Program-made: the position numbers and the translations under genes | In this document: in pieces, positions 31,274 to 42,783 of the stretch | Layout of the letters: each line of letters starts with the position of its first letter | How positions within the stretch are numbered: the stretch's first letter is position 1 | From: an uncultured Actinomycetota bacterium | Lineage (GTDB): Bacteria > Actinomycetota > UBA4738 > HRBIN12 | Length of the DNA stretch: 64,000 nt | Assembly (NCBI GenBank): GCA_963839395.1 | Contig: CAWIUW010000002.1 | Span: 64,057-128,056, forward strand | Direction: 5' to 3' | The notes under the pieces: model-generated | Database searches by the model: none | What the model was told of the DNA's origin: nothing | The model's input: the letters and a program-made list of their open reading frames with translations, nothing else

Positions 31274-32362
31274 TCAGTCGGATGAGGTCGCGGCCGCCGC
31301 CAACTTCTTCGCCTCGGCGACGAGCCGCGGGACGAATTCCGACTCGGGGATCTTGTCGACGACCTCGCCTTTGACGACGAGGAAGCCCTGCCCCTTGCCG
31401 GCCGCGATCCCGAGGTCGGCCTCGCGGGCCTCCCCCGGACCGTTGACGACGCAGCCCATGACCGCGACGCGGATCGGCGCCTTGAGTCCCTCCCGCTCGA
31501 GCGCCTCGTTCACCTGTTTCGTGAGGCCGAGCACGTCGACCTCCGCGCGGCCGCAGGAGGGACAGGCCACGAGATCCAGTCCTCTCTTCCGCAGACCGAG
31601 CGACTGGAGGATCGCCGTCCCGACCTTGACCTCCTCGACCGGATCGTCCGTCAGCGAGACGCGGATCGTGTCCCCGATACCCTCGGAGAGCAGCGTTCCG
31701 ATCCCGACCGCGCTCTTCACGCCGCCGATCGGCATCGGGCCCGCCTCGGTGACCCCCAGGTGGAGCGGGTAGTCGCACTTCTCCGCGAGCTGGCGGTACG
31801 CCTCGATCATCACGAGCGGGTTCGAGTGCTTCACCGAGATCTTGATGTCGAAGAAGTCCTCGTCCTCGAGGATGCGGGCCTCGTACAGGGCCGACTCGAC
31901 CAACGCCTCCGGGGTCGGCGCGCCGTATCGCGCCAGCAGGTCCTTCTCGAGGGAGCCGGCGTTCACCCCGATCCGGATCGGCACGCCTCTGGCCTTCGCC
32001 TCCCGCGCGATCACGCGCACCTTGTCGTCGTACTTGATGTTCCCGGGATTGATCCGCAGTCCCTGGATGCCTGCCTCCAGTGCCGCCATCGCGTACTTCC
32101 ACTGGAAATGGATGTCGGCGACGACCGGCACCGTGGACTTGGCCGCGATCGCCTCCAGGGCCTTCGCGTCCTCCCAGTGCGGGACCGCCACGCGCACGAT
32201 GTCCACCCCCGCGGCCACGAGCGACGCGATCTGCTGCAGCGTCGCGTTCACGTCGGCGGTCTTGGTGGTCGTCATCGATTGGATCGAGATCGGCGCGTCA
32301 CCGCCCACGGCGACATGTCCCACGTGGAGCTGCCTCGTCGTCCGGCGTTGGATCATCACCAT
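31274..32362 (-). CDS. ispG: flavodoxin-dependent HMB-PP synthase
   Basis: [37 protein letters not shown]. Confidence 0.97.
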   Translation of the reverse strand: MVMIQRRTTRQLHVGHVAVGGDAPISIQSMTTTKTADVNATLQQIASLVAAGVDIVRVAVPHWEDAKALEAIAAKSTVPVVADIHFQWKYAMAALEAGIQGLRINPGNIKYDDKVRVIAREAKARGVPIRIGVNAGSLEKDLLARYGAPTPEALVESALYEARILEDEDFFDIKISVKHSNPLVMIEAYRQLAEKCDYPLHLGVTEAGPMPIGGVKSAVGIGTLLSEGIGDTIRVSLTDDPVEEVKVGTAILQSLGLRKRGLDLVACPSCGRAEVDVLGLTKQVNEALEREGLKAPIRVAVMGCVVNGPGEAREADLGIAAGKGQGFLVVKGEVVDKIPESEFVPRLVAEAKKLAAAATSSD

Positions 32363-32369
32363 CAGTCTC

Positions 32370-32819
32370 TCAGCTCCCGAACACGTGGAAGGTGACGGTC
32401 CGGTCCTTCGGCTCGTCCATCTCGAAGAAGATCAGGCGCTGCCACGTGCCGAGCGACGGTTCTCCGCCGATGACGGGGATCGCGTGCGACGTGGCGGACA
32501 GCAGCATCGCCTTGACGTGCGCGTGGCCGTTCTTCCGCTCGTCGGGATGCATGTTCTGCGTGCGGATCTCGAAGTCGTCATGGCGGTAGTACGTCCCCTC
32601 GTGCGGCACCAGCTCGATCAGGTGCCGACGGAAATCCTCGAGGGCTCCGTCCTCCCATTCGTTGATCAACAACGCACACGTCGTGTGGGCGCAGAACGCG
32701 ACGGCAACTCCCTCCGTGACGCCGGCGTCCTTGATCGCCCGGCGCAGCTCGTCGGTGAGGTCCAGGTAGGCGTACCGCTCCGGCGGAGTGACGGTGACGC
32801 TCGTCGTGCTGGACGTCAT
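32370..32819 (-). CDS. YjbQ/UPF0047 family protein
   Basis: [30 protein letters not shown]. Confidence 0.9.
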   Translation of the reverse strand: MTSSTTSVTVTPPERYAYLDLTDELRRAIKDAGVTEGVAVAFCAHTTCALLINEWEDGALEDFRRHLIELVPHEGTYYRHDDFEIRTQNMHPDERKNGHAHVKAMLLSATSHAIPVIGGEPSLGTWQRLIFFEMDEPKDRTVTFHVFGS

Positions 32820-34165
32820 GGGTCGCCCCCGTTGGCCGCGGGAAGGTCGAAGGTGAACACGCTCCCATGGCCCGGTTCGCTCTCGGCTCTGATCTGACCA
32901 CCGTGCGCCTCGACGACCGAACGCGCGATCGCGAGTCCGATCCCCGTTCCCCCACCTTCCCGGGCGCGCGCGGGATCGGCGCGGTAGAAGCGTTCGAACA
33001 GCCTGGGCAGGTGCTCCGGGGGGATCCCGGCTCCCGTGTCGGAGACGGCCACCTCGACCGAGCCGTTCCGTCGCCGGGCGGAGACCGTGACGCGGCCACC
33101 GTCCGGGGTGAACCGCACGGCGTTGTCGACGAGGTTGAACAGGACCTGGTGCACCCGCTCCCTGTCGACGGACAGGGCGGGGAGGTCGGCGGGCACGTCG
33201 TTGTCGACCCGCACGCCCCGGCCGGGAAGCGCCACATCGATCTCGGAGATGAGGTCGTCGACGAGCGGGTGCAACGGGAGCTCCTCGATCCGAAGCGGGA
33301 CCTCGCCGGACTCGAGCCGGGACAGGTCGAGGAGCTGATCCACGAGCCTGCCGAGCCGCTCGACCTGGGTGAGCATCACCTCGAGCGTGGCCGGCTCGGG
33401 CTGTTCGACACCGTCGAGGAGGTTCTCGAGGTGCGCGCGGATCGCCGTGATGGGTGTCTTCAGCTCGTGCGAGACGTTGGCCACGAGGTCGCGACGGCTC
33501 TTCTCGAGGTTCTCGAGCTCTGCGCTCATGCGATTGAACGCGGTCGCGAGTCTCCCCACCTCGTCACGGCTGCGGGTCTGCACCCGGACGGAGTAGTCCC
33601 CCGTCTCCATCACGCGCGCCGCCGACGCCATGTCTCGGAGCGGCTGTGTCATACCCCTCGCGAAGAAGCGCGCGACGCCGAGCGAGACGGTGGCGGCGAC
33701 CACCCCGACGAGGAGGAACTGCCACCACACGCTCTGGAGGAAGCCGGTTGTCGCCGACAACCGCCCGAGGAATCCCCTGGACGGCGATCGGGTCAGCGCC
33801 GTGACGGAGCCACCGTCGGCGGTCGGAACGGTCGCGAAGACGTTCGCACCGACAACGCCCCAGCGCGGAGCATCCACCCGAAGGCGAGGCAGCTCGCCGA
33901 GGTCCGTGCCGTGGACCTCGGTGGATCCGTCCGGATGGCGGATCACCACCATCGCGCCCGACGGTATCGAGTCGAGCCTGCCCGTCGCCGCTCTCCGGGC
34001 GAGGCTGAGGGCATCGATCGCCTCGGAGTCCCGCGGCGAGTTCCGGAGGGCGAACCCGATGAGCACGTAGCTGATCGCGAGCGCGATCGCGACGGCGATC
34101 ACCACCGTCGATCCGAGCTTCGCTCGGATCGACGTGAGCCTGTCCAGCGGCCGTGTCGCCATCAC
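32816..34165 (-). CDS. sensor histidine kinase (HAMP-HisKA-HATPase)
   Basis: ANVSHELKTPI, NLVDNAVRF, DTGAGI, GGTGIGLAI. Confidence 0.93.
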   Translation of the reverse strand: MMATRPLDRLTSIRAKLGSTVVIAVAIALAISYVLIGFALRNSPRDSEAIDALSLARRAATGRLDSIPSGAMVVIRHPDGSTEVHGTDLGELPRLRVDAPRWGVVGANVFATVPTADGGSVTALTRSPSRGFLGRLSATTGFLQSVWWQFLLVGVVAATVSLGVARFFARGMTQPLRDMASAARVMETGDYSVRVQTRSRDEVGRLATAFNRMSAELENLEKSRRDLVANVSHELKTPITAIRAHLENLLDGVEQPEPATLEVMLTQVERLGRLVDQLLDLSRLESGEVPLRIEELPLHPLVDDLISEIDVALPGRGVRVDNDVPADLPALSVDRERVHQVLFNLVDNAVRFTPDGGRVTVSARRRNGSVEVAVSDTGAGIPPEHLPRLFERFYRADPARAREGGGTGIGLAIARSVVEAHGGQIRAESEPGHGSVFTFDLPAANGGDP

Positions 34166-34854
34166 TGTTCCTTGAACGCGTACCCGACACCGTGGACGGT
34201 CCGGATGAACCGCGGATCGTTGCCGTCCTCGCCGATCTTCCGCCGCAGCCGCGCCACGTGCGAATCGACCACTCGGCCACCCGCATGGTCGCGATACCCC
34301 CAGATCCGATCCATCAGCTGATCCCGCGACAGGACGACACCCGGCTCGCGCGCGAGCGCGTGGAGGATCTCGAACTCGAGGGGCGTCAACGGCACCTCGG
34401 CGCCGTCGACCTCGACGCGACGGCGCTTCGCGTCCACGAGCAATCCGAGGCGCTCGATCGGTTCGCCGTCCACCGCTCCCTCGATCCGCTCGCGTCGCCG
34501 CAGGATCGCGTGGACCCGGACGACGAGCTCTCGCAGGCTGAAGGGCTTGGTGAGGTAATCATCGGCGCCGACGGCGAATCCGGCGATCTTGTCCGCTTCC
34601 TCCGTCCGGGCGGTGAGCATCAGCACCGGCGTCCATCCGTTCCTCTGGATCCGCGTGCAGACCTCGAGTCCGTCCATCCCCGGCAACATCAGGTCGAGCA
34701 CGACGAGGTCGGGACGCTCCTCGGTGTGTCTGCGGATCGCCTCGGGGCCGTCGGAGGCGACCACGACGTGGTACCCCTCGCTCTGGAGGCGAGCTCGAAC
34801 GGCTTCGGCGATCGCGTCCTCGTCTTCGACGACGAGCACGGTCTGAGGTGCCAC
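34162..34854 (-). CDS. OmpR/PhoB family response regulator
   Basis: VVEDE, LDLMLPGMDG, GADDYLTKPF, RTVHGVGY. Confidence 0.94.
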   Translation of the reverse strand: MAPQTVLVVEDEDAIAEAVRARLQSEGYHVVVASDGPEAIRRHTEERPDLVVLDLMLPGMDGLEVCTRIQRNGWTPVLMLTARTEEADKIAGFAVGADDYLTKPFSLRELVVRVHAILRRRERIEGAVDGEPIERLGLLVDAKRRRVEVDGAEVPLTPLEFEILHALAREPGVVLSRDQLMDRIWGYRDHAGGRVVDSHVARLRRKIGEDGNDPRFIRTVHGVGYAFKEQ

Positions 34855-34934
34855 GGGGTCATCGTATCCGGCGGGTCCGGGGCGAAATGGGGCCCGAGGA
34901 TGAAGAAATCGTGACGGGCGCAGCGTGCCCGTCG

Positions 34935-36059
34935 CTAGATGACCGGCAGCGGCTCGGTGATATCCAGGAACACGGTCGCGAGCGCGAAGATGGAGAGGAA
35001 GACGATCACGGCCGCGGAGACCGGGACCAGCTTCCGGTAGTCGACCTGACGACCCGTCAGCTTCTCCCAGAGGAGGAGTGCGAGGTGGCCGCCGTCCAGC
35101 GGAGGCAACGGGATGAGGTTGATGATGCCGATGAAGATCGTGACGTACCCGGCGTAGGCGAGGAACGTGCCCCAGTCACCGCGATCACCCGCGTCGCCCA
35201 CCTGGCGGCTCACGCCCCAGAGACTGGTCGGGTCGTCCGCGCGACGCGGTTCGTCGCTGAACAGGACCGAGAGCGTTCGCCCGACGCCCTCGGTGAAGAT
35301 CTTCGGGATCGTCGTGACGGCGTTCCAGGCCGTCGCGCCCACGTAGCGGACCGACACGACGGCGGCTTCGGGGACGGAGAGCGGCTCGGCGCCCAGCGTG
35401 AATCCGATCCTTCCCTTGGTCACACCGCCCTCGGTCACGAGCTGCGGCACGATGGGGAGGGTGAAGCGACGACCGTCTCGCTCGATCACGTACTCGAGGG
35501 GTTCGCCGGGATGTTCCTGCGCGTATCTCGTCACGTACCGGCCGAGGGCATCGGGGGTCGGGTTCTCGAGATCTCCGACGCGAAGGACGACGTCGCCGGG
35601 TTGCATCCCCGCCTCCGCCGCGGGAGATGGGTGGTTGGCGAGCGTCGGCGCGACCTCGCCTGCGACGACCACATCCGTGTTCGCGTCGCCGTACGTGGCG
35701 AACAGGACGAGGAACATGAGGGCTCCGAGCAGGAAATGCGAGAGCGGTCCCGCGAGGATCACCAGCGCTCGCTGCCAGATCGGCTTCGACCCGTAGGCGC
35801 GAGGCAGGTCCTCGGGCGCGACAGACTCGTACGGGTTCATCCCGGCGATCTTCACGTAACCACCGGCAGGGATCCCCTTGAGGCCGTATTCGATCTCGCC
35901 CGGCTTCCGCGACCAGATCTTGGGACCGAATCCGATGAAGTACTCCGTGACCTTGAAGCCGAACCGACGGGCCACCAGCATGTGACCGAGCTCGTGGATC
36001 GGGATGACGACGAAGACGATCAAGGCCAGGAAGGCGACGATCGCGAAGACGCTCCCCAC
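34935..36059 (-). CDS. RIP metalloprotease RseP/Rip1 (M50 + PDZ)
   Basis: HELGH, NLIPLPPLDGGH; directly follows dxr. Confidence 0.93.
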   Translation of the reverse strand: MGSVFAIVAFLALIVFVVIPIHELGHMLVARRFGFKVTEYFIGFGPKIWSRKPGEIEYGLKGIPAGGYVKIAGMNPYESVAPEDLPRAYGSKPIWQRALVILAGPLSHFLLGALMFLVLFATYGDANTDVVVAGEVAPTLANHPSPAAEAGMQPGDVVLRVGDLENPTPDALGRYVTRYAQEHPGEPLEYVIERDGRRFTLPIVPQLVTEGGVTKGRIGFTLGAEPLSVPEAAVVSVRYVGATAWNAVTTIPKIFTEGVGRTLSVLFSDEPRRADDPTSLWGVSRQVGDAGDRGDWGTFLAYAGYVTIFIGIINLIPLPPLDGGHLALLLWEKLTGRQVDYRKLVPVSAAVIVFLSIFALATVFLDITEPLPVI

Positions 36060-37217
36060 TTAGCGGGCCTCGATGATCTCCGCCGTGCGACGACGGGCCC
36101 ACGCATCCGCCCGCTCGATGTGCACGACCGAAACCACCGAGGGTGGTTCGTGTTCGTCGATGATCGCCTGCACGACTTCGACGATACGCGGGAGCGGGAT
36201 CTTCCCCTCGAGGAACGCCATCACGGCCACCTCGTTCGCCGCGTTCATGACCGCGGGGAAGGTGAGGCCGAGCCCGCCGACGCGGTACGCGAGATCGACC
36301 GCCGGGAACGCTTCGTGATCGACGGGCTCGAACGTGAGCGGCGTCTCCGTGAGGGGCAAAGACGCCACGCCGGTCGGGAGGCGTTCGGGCCACGCGAGGG
36401 CGAGCTGGATCGGCAGGCGCATGTCGGCCGTGGCCATCTCCGCTCGCATGGAGCCGTCGCGGAACTCGGCGATCGCGTGCACCACCGCCTCGGGATGGAT
36501 CAACACATGGATCTGCGAGTACTCGAGACCGAAGAGGTAGTGGGCTTCGATCACCTCCAGGCCCTTGTTCATCATCGTCGCCGAGTCGATCGTGATCTTC
36601 GGACCCATCGACCAGACCGGATGCTGGAGGGCTTCCTTCATCGACGCCTTAGCGAGCTCGGTGGCCGTCCAGCCGCGGAACGGGCCTCCCGAGCCCGTGA
36701 TCACCACGCGTTTCAGGTCTTCCCGGCGCTCGCCCCGAAGAGCCAAGGCGAGCGCCGCGTGCTCGGAGTCCACGGGCAGGAGTCGTTCGGGCTCGCCCTT
36801 GATCAGGTCAAGGACCAACTCCCCACCGACGACGAGGGATTCCTTGTTCGCGAGCGCCAGGGTCTTCCCGTTCTGCAACGCCGCCAACGTGGGCCCGAGG
36901 CCCGAGGAGCCCACCAGGGCGTTCAGGACGATGTCGGCCTCGGTCTCCGCCGCGAGTCGCTCGGCCGCGTCCGGGCCGCTGCGAACCTCGACACCTCGGA
37001 GCGAGCCGATGTTGTTCCGGACCTCCTCGGCCGCCGCCTCATCCGCGATCGCGACCACGGGAGGAAGGAACTCCCGGATCTGCCCCATCAACAGCTCCTG
37101 GTTCGTCCCCGCCACCGACAGGCCGACGACCTTGAAACGGTCGGGATTGCGCCGGACGACGTCCAGGGCCTGTGTCCCGACGGACCCCGTCGAACCGAGG
37201 ATGCTGACCATCCGCAT
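36060..37217 (-). CDS. dxr: 1-deoxy-D-xylulose-5-phosphate reductoisomerase
   Basis: LGSTGSVG, LANKES, PVDSEH, MGPKITIDSATMMNKGLE. Confidence 0.97.
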   Translation of the reverse strand: MRMVSILGSTGSVGTQALDVVRRNPDRFKVVGLSVAGTNQELLMGQIREFLPPVVAIADEAAAEEVRNNIGSLRGVEVRSGPDAAERLAAETEADIVLNALVGSSGLGPTLAALQNGKTLALANKESLVVGGELVLDLIKGEPERLLPVDSEHAALALALRGERREDLKRVVITGSGGPFRGWTATELAKASMKEALQHPVWSMGPKITIDSATMMNKGLEVIEAHYLFGLEYSQIHVLIHPEAVVHAIAEFRDGSMRAEMATADMRLPIQLALAWPERLPTGVASLPLTETPLTFEPVDHEAFPAVDLAYRVGGLGLTFPAVMNAANEVAVMAFLEGKIPLPRIVEVVQAIIDEHEPPSVVSVVHIERADAWARRRTAEIIEAR

Positions 37218-37270
37218 GAGGAACAGACTACCCCCGTCCGCAAGGGAACAAGCAGCGGTCGACCGAGAAC

Positions 37271-38827
37271 CTAGAAGGCGATGACGCGAAGGAGGAGCAG
37301 CGCGGCAGGAGCCACGAACAGGAGCGAATCGATCCTGTCGAGGACTCCGCCATGTCCGGGAAGGACGCTCCCCATGTCCTTCACACCAACGTCTCGCTTG
37401 ACCAACGACTCCGCGAGATCACCGAACGTCGCCGCGAGGGAGACGACGAGACCGAGCAGCACCGCGTTCAGACGGCCGTCCTCGAAGATCCCCGGAGCCG
37501 CGTCCACGAACGCCGTGACGAAGGCGGACGACACGATGACGGTTCCCAGAGACGCCACGATCAGCCCCTCGACCGACTTCTTCGGGCTCGTCGCGGGCGC
37601 GAGTGGCCGCTGGATGAACGATCCGCCCCAGACGGACCCGGTCAAGAACGCCAACGTATCGAAGACGAACGTGAGACCGATGACGGCGACCACGACCGAG
37701 GTGTCGAACGTCGTCAGGATGATCAGCAGCGATCCGGCCAGACCGGGGATCCACACCAGTCCGAGCACGGTGAGGCCGATGTTGCCCACGACATCCTTGC
37801 GGTGCGGCGCCGGGACCGTCATGTACCAGAGGAAGGTCGCCAGCAGGCCGAGCGCCAGCATCGAGAAGAGCCCCGCCTCGCCGTGGTAGTAGGCGCCTGC
37901 GAGCACCAACGCGCCGCTCACGAGCCCCACCGCGGTTGCCGGCTGCCGATGGTGCTTCACCATCACCCCGTACAGCTCGCCTTGCGCGATCAGGGCGATG
38001 AGCGCTGCGAAGAATGCGAAGACGCCCTCCCCGATCAAGAGCGCCACGAGCGCGACTCCAGCGAGAACGATGCCCGTCAGGAACGCCGCCGGCACGTCGC
38101 GCTCGGCTCCACGCCGGTCGAGGTCGGCTCCGACCTCGACCGAGGCCGGCTCCTGCCAGCTGGGTCCGCCGAGCCCCTCCGCCCCGACGATGATCGCCCG
38201 CGACGGGTCCTCCTCGGCCATCGCCGCGAAGTCGTCCTCGTCGTCTGAGTCCGCGGGATACGGCTCCGCGCCCAGCTCGTCCATCAGGTCCGCCGCGTTG
38301 TCCTCATCGATCTGGACGACGCGAGGAGCCGCCGCCTCCGTTCCCTGATCACCCGCAGAGTCCGAGAAGTGAGCCGCCGCTTCCTCGAGCTCGGCGTCGG
38401 AAGGCCGTTCCCCCTCCTCCGCATCGACGGGCCACTCGTCCCCCACGGCCGGCCGGGCGAAGAGGTCGCCCTGATCGTCGTCGGGGCGATCCATCTGCGC
38501 CGGAGCGCCGACGACCCCTGCGTCGTCCCGGTCGCCGCCTCCCCCGAGCGCTTGGTCGACGGGATCGAGCGATGCGGTGTCGTACCAGTCGCTCGAGTCC
38601 TCTTCGTCGTCGTCCTCGAACGTGGGGCCCGTCTCTGGCGACTCCCCGGCCGTGGGGGGGACGGTCACGACCGCTTCCGATCCGCTGCGGACGACGACGT
38701 GCTCATCCCCTGTGTCGGCGGGCGGAGCGGGTTCCTCCGGCTCGTCCCAGTCGACGTCTTTGATCGGGGCGAAGAACTTGTCGAGGTCCTCGAACAGGTC
38801 GTCGCTCTCGCGCTCGTCGTCGGGCAC
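37271..38827 (-). CDS. cdsA: phosphatidate cytidylyltransferase with long acidic N-terminal extension
   Basis: SPKKSVEG, GDLAESLVKRDVGVKDMG...PGHGGVLDRIDS. Confidence 0.9.
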   Translation of the reverse strand: MPDDERESDDLFEDLDKFFAPIKDVDWDEPEEPAPPADTGDEHVVVRSGSEAVVTVPPTAGESPETGPTFEDDDEEDSSDWYDTASLDPVDQALGGGGDRDDAGVVGAPAQMDRPDDDQGDLFARPAVGDEWPVDAEEGERPSDAELEEAAAHFSDSAGDQGTEAAAPRVVQIDEDNAADLMDELGAEPYPADSDDEDDFAAMAEEDPSRAIIVGAEGLGGPSWQEPASVEVGADLDRRGAERDVPAAFLTGIVLAGVALVALLIGEGVFAFFAALIALIAQGELYGVMVKHHRQPATAVGLVSGALVLAGAYYHGEAGLFSMLALGLLATFLWYMTVPAPHRKDVVGNIGLTVLGLVWIPGLAGSLLIILTTFDTSVVVAVIGLTFVFDTLAFLTGSVWGGSFIQRPLAPATSPKKSVEGLIVASLGTVIVSSAFVTAFVDAAPGIFEDGRLNAVLLGLVVSLAATFGDLAESLVKRDVGVKDMGSVLPGHGGVLDRIDSLLFVAPAALLLLRVIAF

Positions 38828-39387
38828 TAGACCTCCATGAGCTCAGATTCCTTGTGGCGTTGCATCTCATCGATCTCCGCCACGTACCGGTCCGTCAGCT
38901 TCTGGAGCTCCTTCTCTCCCCTCGAGAGCTCATCTTCCGAGATGGAATGCTCCCGCTCAAGCTTCTCCATATCATCCTTCGCGTGTCGCCGGACGTTCCG
39001 GACGGCGACGCGGCCCTCTTCGGCCCGATGATGCACCTGCTTGACCAGCTCCTTCCGGCGCTCCTCGGTGAGCGGCGGGAAGGCGAGGCGGACCACCTGT
39101 CCGTCGTTGGAAGGCGTGATCCCGAGATCGCTCTGCTGGATCGCCTTCTCGATCTGCGCGATGGAGCTCTTGTCGAACGGCTGGATCACGAGAAGCCTCG
39201 GCTCGGGGACGTTCACGGACGCGAGCTGGTTCAGGGGAACGGGCGAACCGTAGTACTCGACCATGATGCGGGTGAGGACGGCGCCGGAGGCTCGCCCGGT
39301 CCTGACCGACGACAGATCCTCACGCATGTGGACGAGCGCCTGCTCCATCTTGTGGTCCGCATCCTTCAAGGAGGAGTCGACCGTCAT
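38827..39387 (-). CDS. frr: ribosome recycling factor
   Basis: [31 protein letters not shown]. Confidence 0.97.
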   Translation of the reverse strand: MTVDSSLKDADHKMEQALVHMREDLSSVRTGRASGAVLTRIMVEYYGSPVPLNQLASVNVPEPRLLVIQPFDKSSIAQIEKAIQQSDLGITPSNDGQVVRLAFPPLTEERRKELVKQVHHRAEEGRVAVRNVRRHAKDDMEKLEREHSISEDELSRGEKELQKLTDRYVAEIDEMQRHKESELMEV

Positions 39388-40115
39388 CTCGCCCCCCCGT
39401 GAACCAGCGATCCCACCGGCTCACCGGTGACGACCCTGCGGATGTTCCCTTCCTCCCAGAGGTCGAACACGATGATCGGGAGCTTGTTCTCCATACAGAG
39501 GGAGATCGCCGTCGCATCCATCACCTGATAGCCCTCACGCAGGATGTCCACGTACTCGATCGTGTCGAGGCGCGCGGCCCCGGGCACCACCTTCGGGTCG
39601 GCGGTGTAGACCCCGTCGACCTTCGTTCCTTTGAGGAGCGCCTCGGCGCCGATCTCCAGGGCACGCTGCGCGGCACACGTGTCGGTGGAGAAGTACGGCA
39701 CGCCCAATCCGGCGGCGAAGATGACGACCCTGCCCTTCTCGAGGTGGCGTTTGGCGCGCAGGGGGATGAACGGCTCCGCCAGCTGCGTCATCTGGATCGC
39801 GGTCTGGACGCGCGTCGTGACGTGGAGCTTCTCGAGCGAGTCCTGCAGCGCCAGCGCGTTCATCACGGTGGCGAGCATCCCCATGTAGTCGGCGCGGCCC
39901 CGCTCGATGCCCGGAGCCTGGCGTCCCCGCCAGATGTTTCCGCCACCCACCACGACGGCGATCTGGGCCCCGAGATCGACGACCTCGGCGAGCTGCCTGC
40001 CCACCAGTGCGGTCGCCTCGGTGCTGATCCCGGATCCTTCCGGGGACGCGAACGCCTCGCCGGAGAGCTTGAGGAGGACGCGGTGGTATTCGGCCCTCCT
40101 GGCTCTTTCCGTCAC
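39384..40115 (-). CDS. pyrH: UMP kinase
   Basis: [25 protein letters not shown]; GTG start after a GAAGGAG SD. Confidence 0.96.
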   Translation of the reverse strand: MTERARRAEYHRVLLKLSGEAFASPEGSGISTEATALVGRQLAEVVDLGAQIAVVVGGGNIWRGRQAPGIERGRADYMGMLATVMNALALQDSLEKLHVTTRVQTAIQMTQLAEPFIPLRAKRHLEKGRVVIFAAGLGVPYFSTDTCAAQRALEIGAEALLKGTKVDGVYTADPKVVPGAARLDTIEYVDILREGYQVMDATAISLCMENKLPIIVFDLWEEGNIRRVVTGEPVGSLVHGGAR

Positions 40116-40155
40116 GTTCGCGCGCGCTCCTTCCTCGATCGCCCTCGTACCGACC

Positions 40156-40767
40156 TCACCCCTGGGTGGATTCACCCAGCTTGTATCGGACGAACCGACG
40201 TACGGCAACCTTCTCGCCGACCTTGGCGCCCACCTCGTCGAGGAGCTGCTGGATCGTCTTCGAGTCGTCCTTCACGAACGGTTGGTCCAACAGGACCGAG
40301 TCTTCGTAGAACGCCTTCAGCTTCCCCTCGACGATCCGGTCGATCACGTTGTCCGGCTTCCCGGATTCCTTGGCCTGCACGCGCGCGATGTGCTCCTCCT
40401 GCTCGACGACATCGGAGGGAACCTCCTCGCGTGCGAGCCAGCGGGGCGCCGCCGGGCTCGCGATGTGCAGCGCGATGTCCTTCACCAACTGCGTGAACTC
40501 GTCCGTGTTGGCGACGAAGTCGGTCTCGCTGTTCACTTCGAGGAGCACTCCCACCGTGTTGTTGAAGTGGATGTAGCTGTCGATGCGGCCCTGGTTCGCG
40601 GCACGGCCCGCGCGCTTCGCTGCCGAAGCCAGACCCTTCTCCCGAAGGAGCTCGATCGCCTTGTCGATGTCACCGTCCGTCTCCTGGAGGGCGCGCTTGC
40701 AATCCATCATCCCCGCGCCTGTGAGGTCGCGGAGCTGCTTCACCTGTTCGGCCGAGATGTCACTCAT
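40156..40767 (-). CDS. tsf: elongation factor Ts (short form)
   Basis: [18 protein letters not shown]. Confidence 0.97.
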   Translation of the reverse strand: MSDISAEQVKQLRDLTGAGMMDCKRALQETDGDIDKAIELLREKGLASAAKRAGRAANQGRIDSYIHFNNTVGVLLEVNSETDFVANTDEFTQLVKDIALHIASPAAPRWLAREEVPSDVVEQEEHIARVQAKESGKPDNVIDRIVEGKLKAFYEDSVLLDQPFVKDDSKTIQQLLDEVGAKVGEKVAVRRFVRYKLGESTQG

Positions 40768-41687
40768 CCCGCATCCCCCGCCGCCGTCTCGCTCGGAGCG
40801 TCCTCGGCACCCTCGACCGGCTCGACGACGACCTCGGGTTCCTGTTCCGGGAGATCGGGTTCGAAGACGGTGCTGGCCGCGATCTTCGCCGCGTCCTCGG
40901 GGGACGGCACGTCCTCGTCCGCGGGCCCGGGAGCGGCCGTCGTGGATCGCCGAGGCGCGGCGGTCGGCCGGCGCGCGGCCGTCTTCTCGACGACCTCGTC
41001 CTTCGCCATCCCGTATCCCTCGGTGAGTGCGTCGGCGACGACTCGAGTGACGAGGCTCACGGCACGGATGGCGTCGTCGTTGCCGGGGATCACGAAGTCG
41101 ACCTCGTCGGGGTCACAGTTCGTGTCCACGATCGCGATCACCGGGATGTCGAGCTTCCGCGCCTCGGTGACCGCGATCTGCTCCTTCTTGGTGTCGACGA
41201 TGAACACCGCATCCGGAAGGCGCTCGAGCGCCTGGATCCCGCCGAGGTTCCGCTCGAGCTTCTCGCGCTCGTGCTGGAGGCGGATGACTTCCTTCTTGGG
41301 GAGGTTGTCCATCGCGCCCGAGGACTCCATCTCCCGGAGCTCGCGCAGGCGGATCAGCCGGCGCGAGATGGTCGTGAAGTTGGTGAGCATCCCGCCGAGC
41401 CACCGATGGTTCACGAACGGCATGCCGACCCGATTGGCGTGCTCTTCCACGACCTCCTGGGCCTGCTTCTTCGTGCCGATGAACAGGATCGTTCCGCGAC
41501 GTCGGCCGAGATCGCGGACGAACTCGTAGGTCTCCTCGATCCCCTCGAGGGACTTCTCGAGGTCGATGATGTAGATCCCGGATCGCTCCCCGAACAGGTA
41601 GCGCTGCATCTTCGGGTTCCACCGTCGGGTCTGGTGGCCGAAGTGCACGCCGGCCTCGAGGAGCTCCCGCCTGGTGACGACAGGCAC
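40764..41687 (-). CDS. rpsB: 30S ribosomal protein S2 with acidic tail
   Basis: [37 protein letters not shown]; GGAGG SD before the GTG. Confidence 0.97.
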   Translation of the reverse strand: MPVVTRRELLEAGVHFGHQTRRWNPKMQRYLFGERSGIYIIDLEKSLEGIEETYEFVRDLGRRRGTILFIGTKKQAQEVVEEHANRVGMPFVNHRWLGGMLTNFTTISRRLIRLRELREMESSGAMDNLPKKEVIRLQHEREKLERNLGGIQALERLPDAVFIVDTKKEQIAVTEARKLDIPVIAIVDTNCDPDEVDFVIPGNDDAIRAVSLVTRVVADALTEGYGMAKDEVVEKTAARRPTAAPRRSTTAAPGPADEDVPSPEDAAKIAASTVFEPDLPEQEPEVVVEPVEGAEDAPSETAAGDAG

Positions 41688-41871
41688 GTATCCCTCCTGA
41701 TGTGTGGTTTCTTCCTCCGTCCGGATCTTCCCGCGGGCGGCCCGGTCCATCTGTGACTTGGGCCTGGGACCCCGCCATCGCGGTCCTCGGACGTGTGTGC
41801 TCGACGCCTTCCGGCGTCGGCGCGGGGCAGTCTACCAGCGGCGATGCACGCTCATGGCCCGACCGCGCTCG

Positions 41872-42783
41872 CTAGCGCCTCCGCCCGCCCCCGCGCTCGC
41901 GCACAGCACGGACGGGCGCGTCCGGCACCTCGTCCGCCACCGCCAGATACCGCAGTGCGAACGCCGCCACGATCGCGATATGCAGCAGGTTCATGAGCAC
42001 CACGTAGATCCACGCCGTGTAGGGAGGGTTCACGTCGAGGAGCACACCGGGCAGGCCGGGCGAGAGGAAGGTCGCGAAGATCGGAACGACATAGATCGCG
42101 GCGAACGTCAGGTTGCCGGATCCGGGCATCCGAGCGGCGCGGACCGAGCGGCCGAGACAGTCGAAGAGCTTCCGGTGCTCCGTGACCGCGATCGCGGGCG
42201 CGAAGGCGAACACCCACGTCGCCACCACGAGCGCGGCCATCTGGATGATGAGCGCCAGCCCCGTCCCACCGATCGCCGCCACGATCTGGGCGCCGAACAC
42301 GACCGCCACACCGATCACGTGCAGCGCGAAGACCACGGGGAACGCGCGGAGCCCTCGGACGGCGCCCCAGCGCGTTGCCGTCCCGCTCTCCAGCGCTTCG
42401 ATCGCCATCCCGACCACCACCGAGAACCACAGCGCGTGCACGGCCGCCGTCGCGAACACGAACAGGAGCCCTTGACGCACCCCGAGCACCCCGGTCGAAA
42501 GGGAGAGATCGGTGAACGTGCTGAGCGGCGTCGGAGCGGAGACGTGCGCGAGGAGGGCGAACGGGCCCGGGTAGCCGAGCGCGATGACCACCAGCCATTC
42601 CGCCAACAGCCAGACGAGGAGCGACCCCACGATCAGCGGGCTCGACCACGTCGCAGCGAGGCCTCTCGTGAAGGCGGTCCGCATCTTCGGCATCGAGTCC
42701 ATCGGAGGAGCGGACATGCCGGAGAGGAGGCCCCTGCGCGCGGGCACCGGCGCTCCCTTGTTCCCGCGGCTCCGCGCACTCAT
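41872..42783 (-). CDS. hypothetical multi-pass membrane protein
   Basis: About 6 hydrophobic segments; ATGA overlap with the upstream propeller gene. Confidence 0.65.
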   Translation of the reverse strand: MSARSRGNKGAPVPARRGLLSGMSAPPMDSMPKMRTAFTRGLAATWSSPLIVGSLLVWLLAEWLVVIALGYPGPFALLAHVSAPTPLSTFTDLSLSTGVLGVRQGLLFVFATAAVHALWFSVVVGMAIEALESGTATRWGAVRGLRAFPVVFALHVIGVAVVFGAQIVAAIGGTGLALIIQMAALVVATWVFAFAPAIAVTEHRKLFDCLGRSVRAARMPGSGNLTFAAIYVVPIFATFLSPGLPGVLLDVNPPYTAWIYVVLMNLLHIAIVAAFALRYLAVADEVPDAPVRAVRERGGGRRR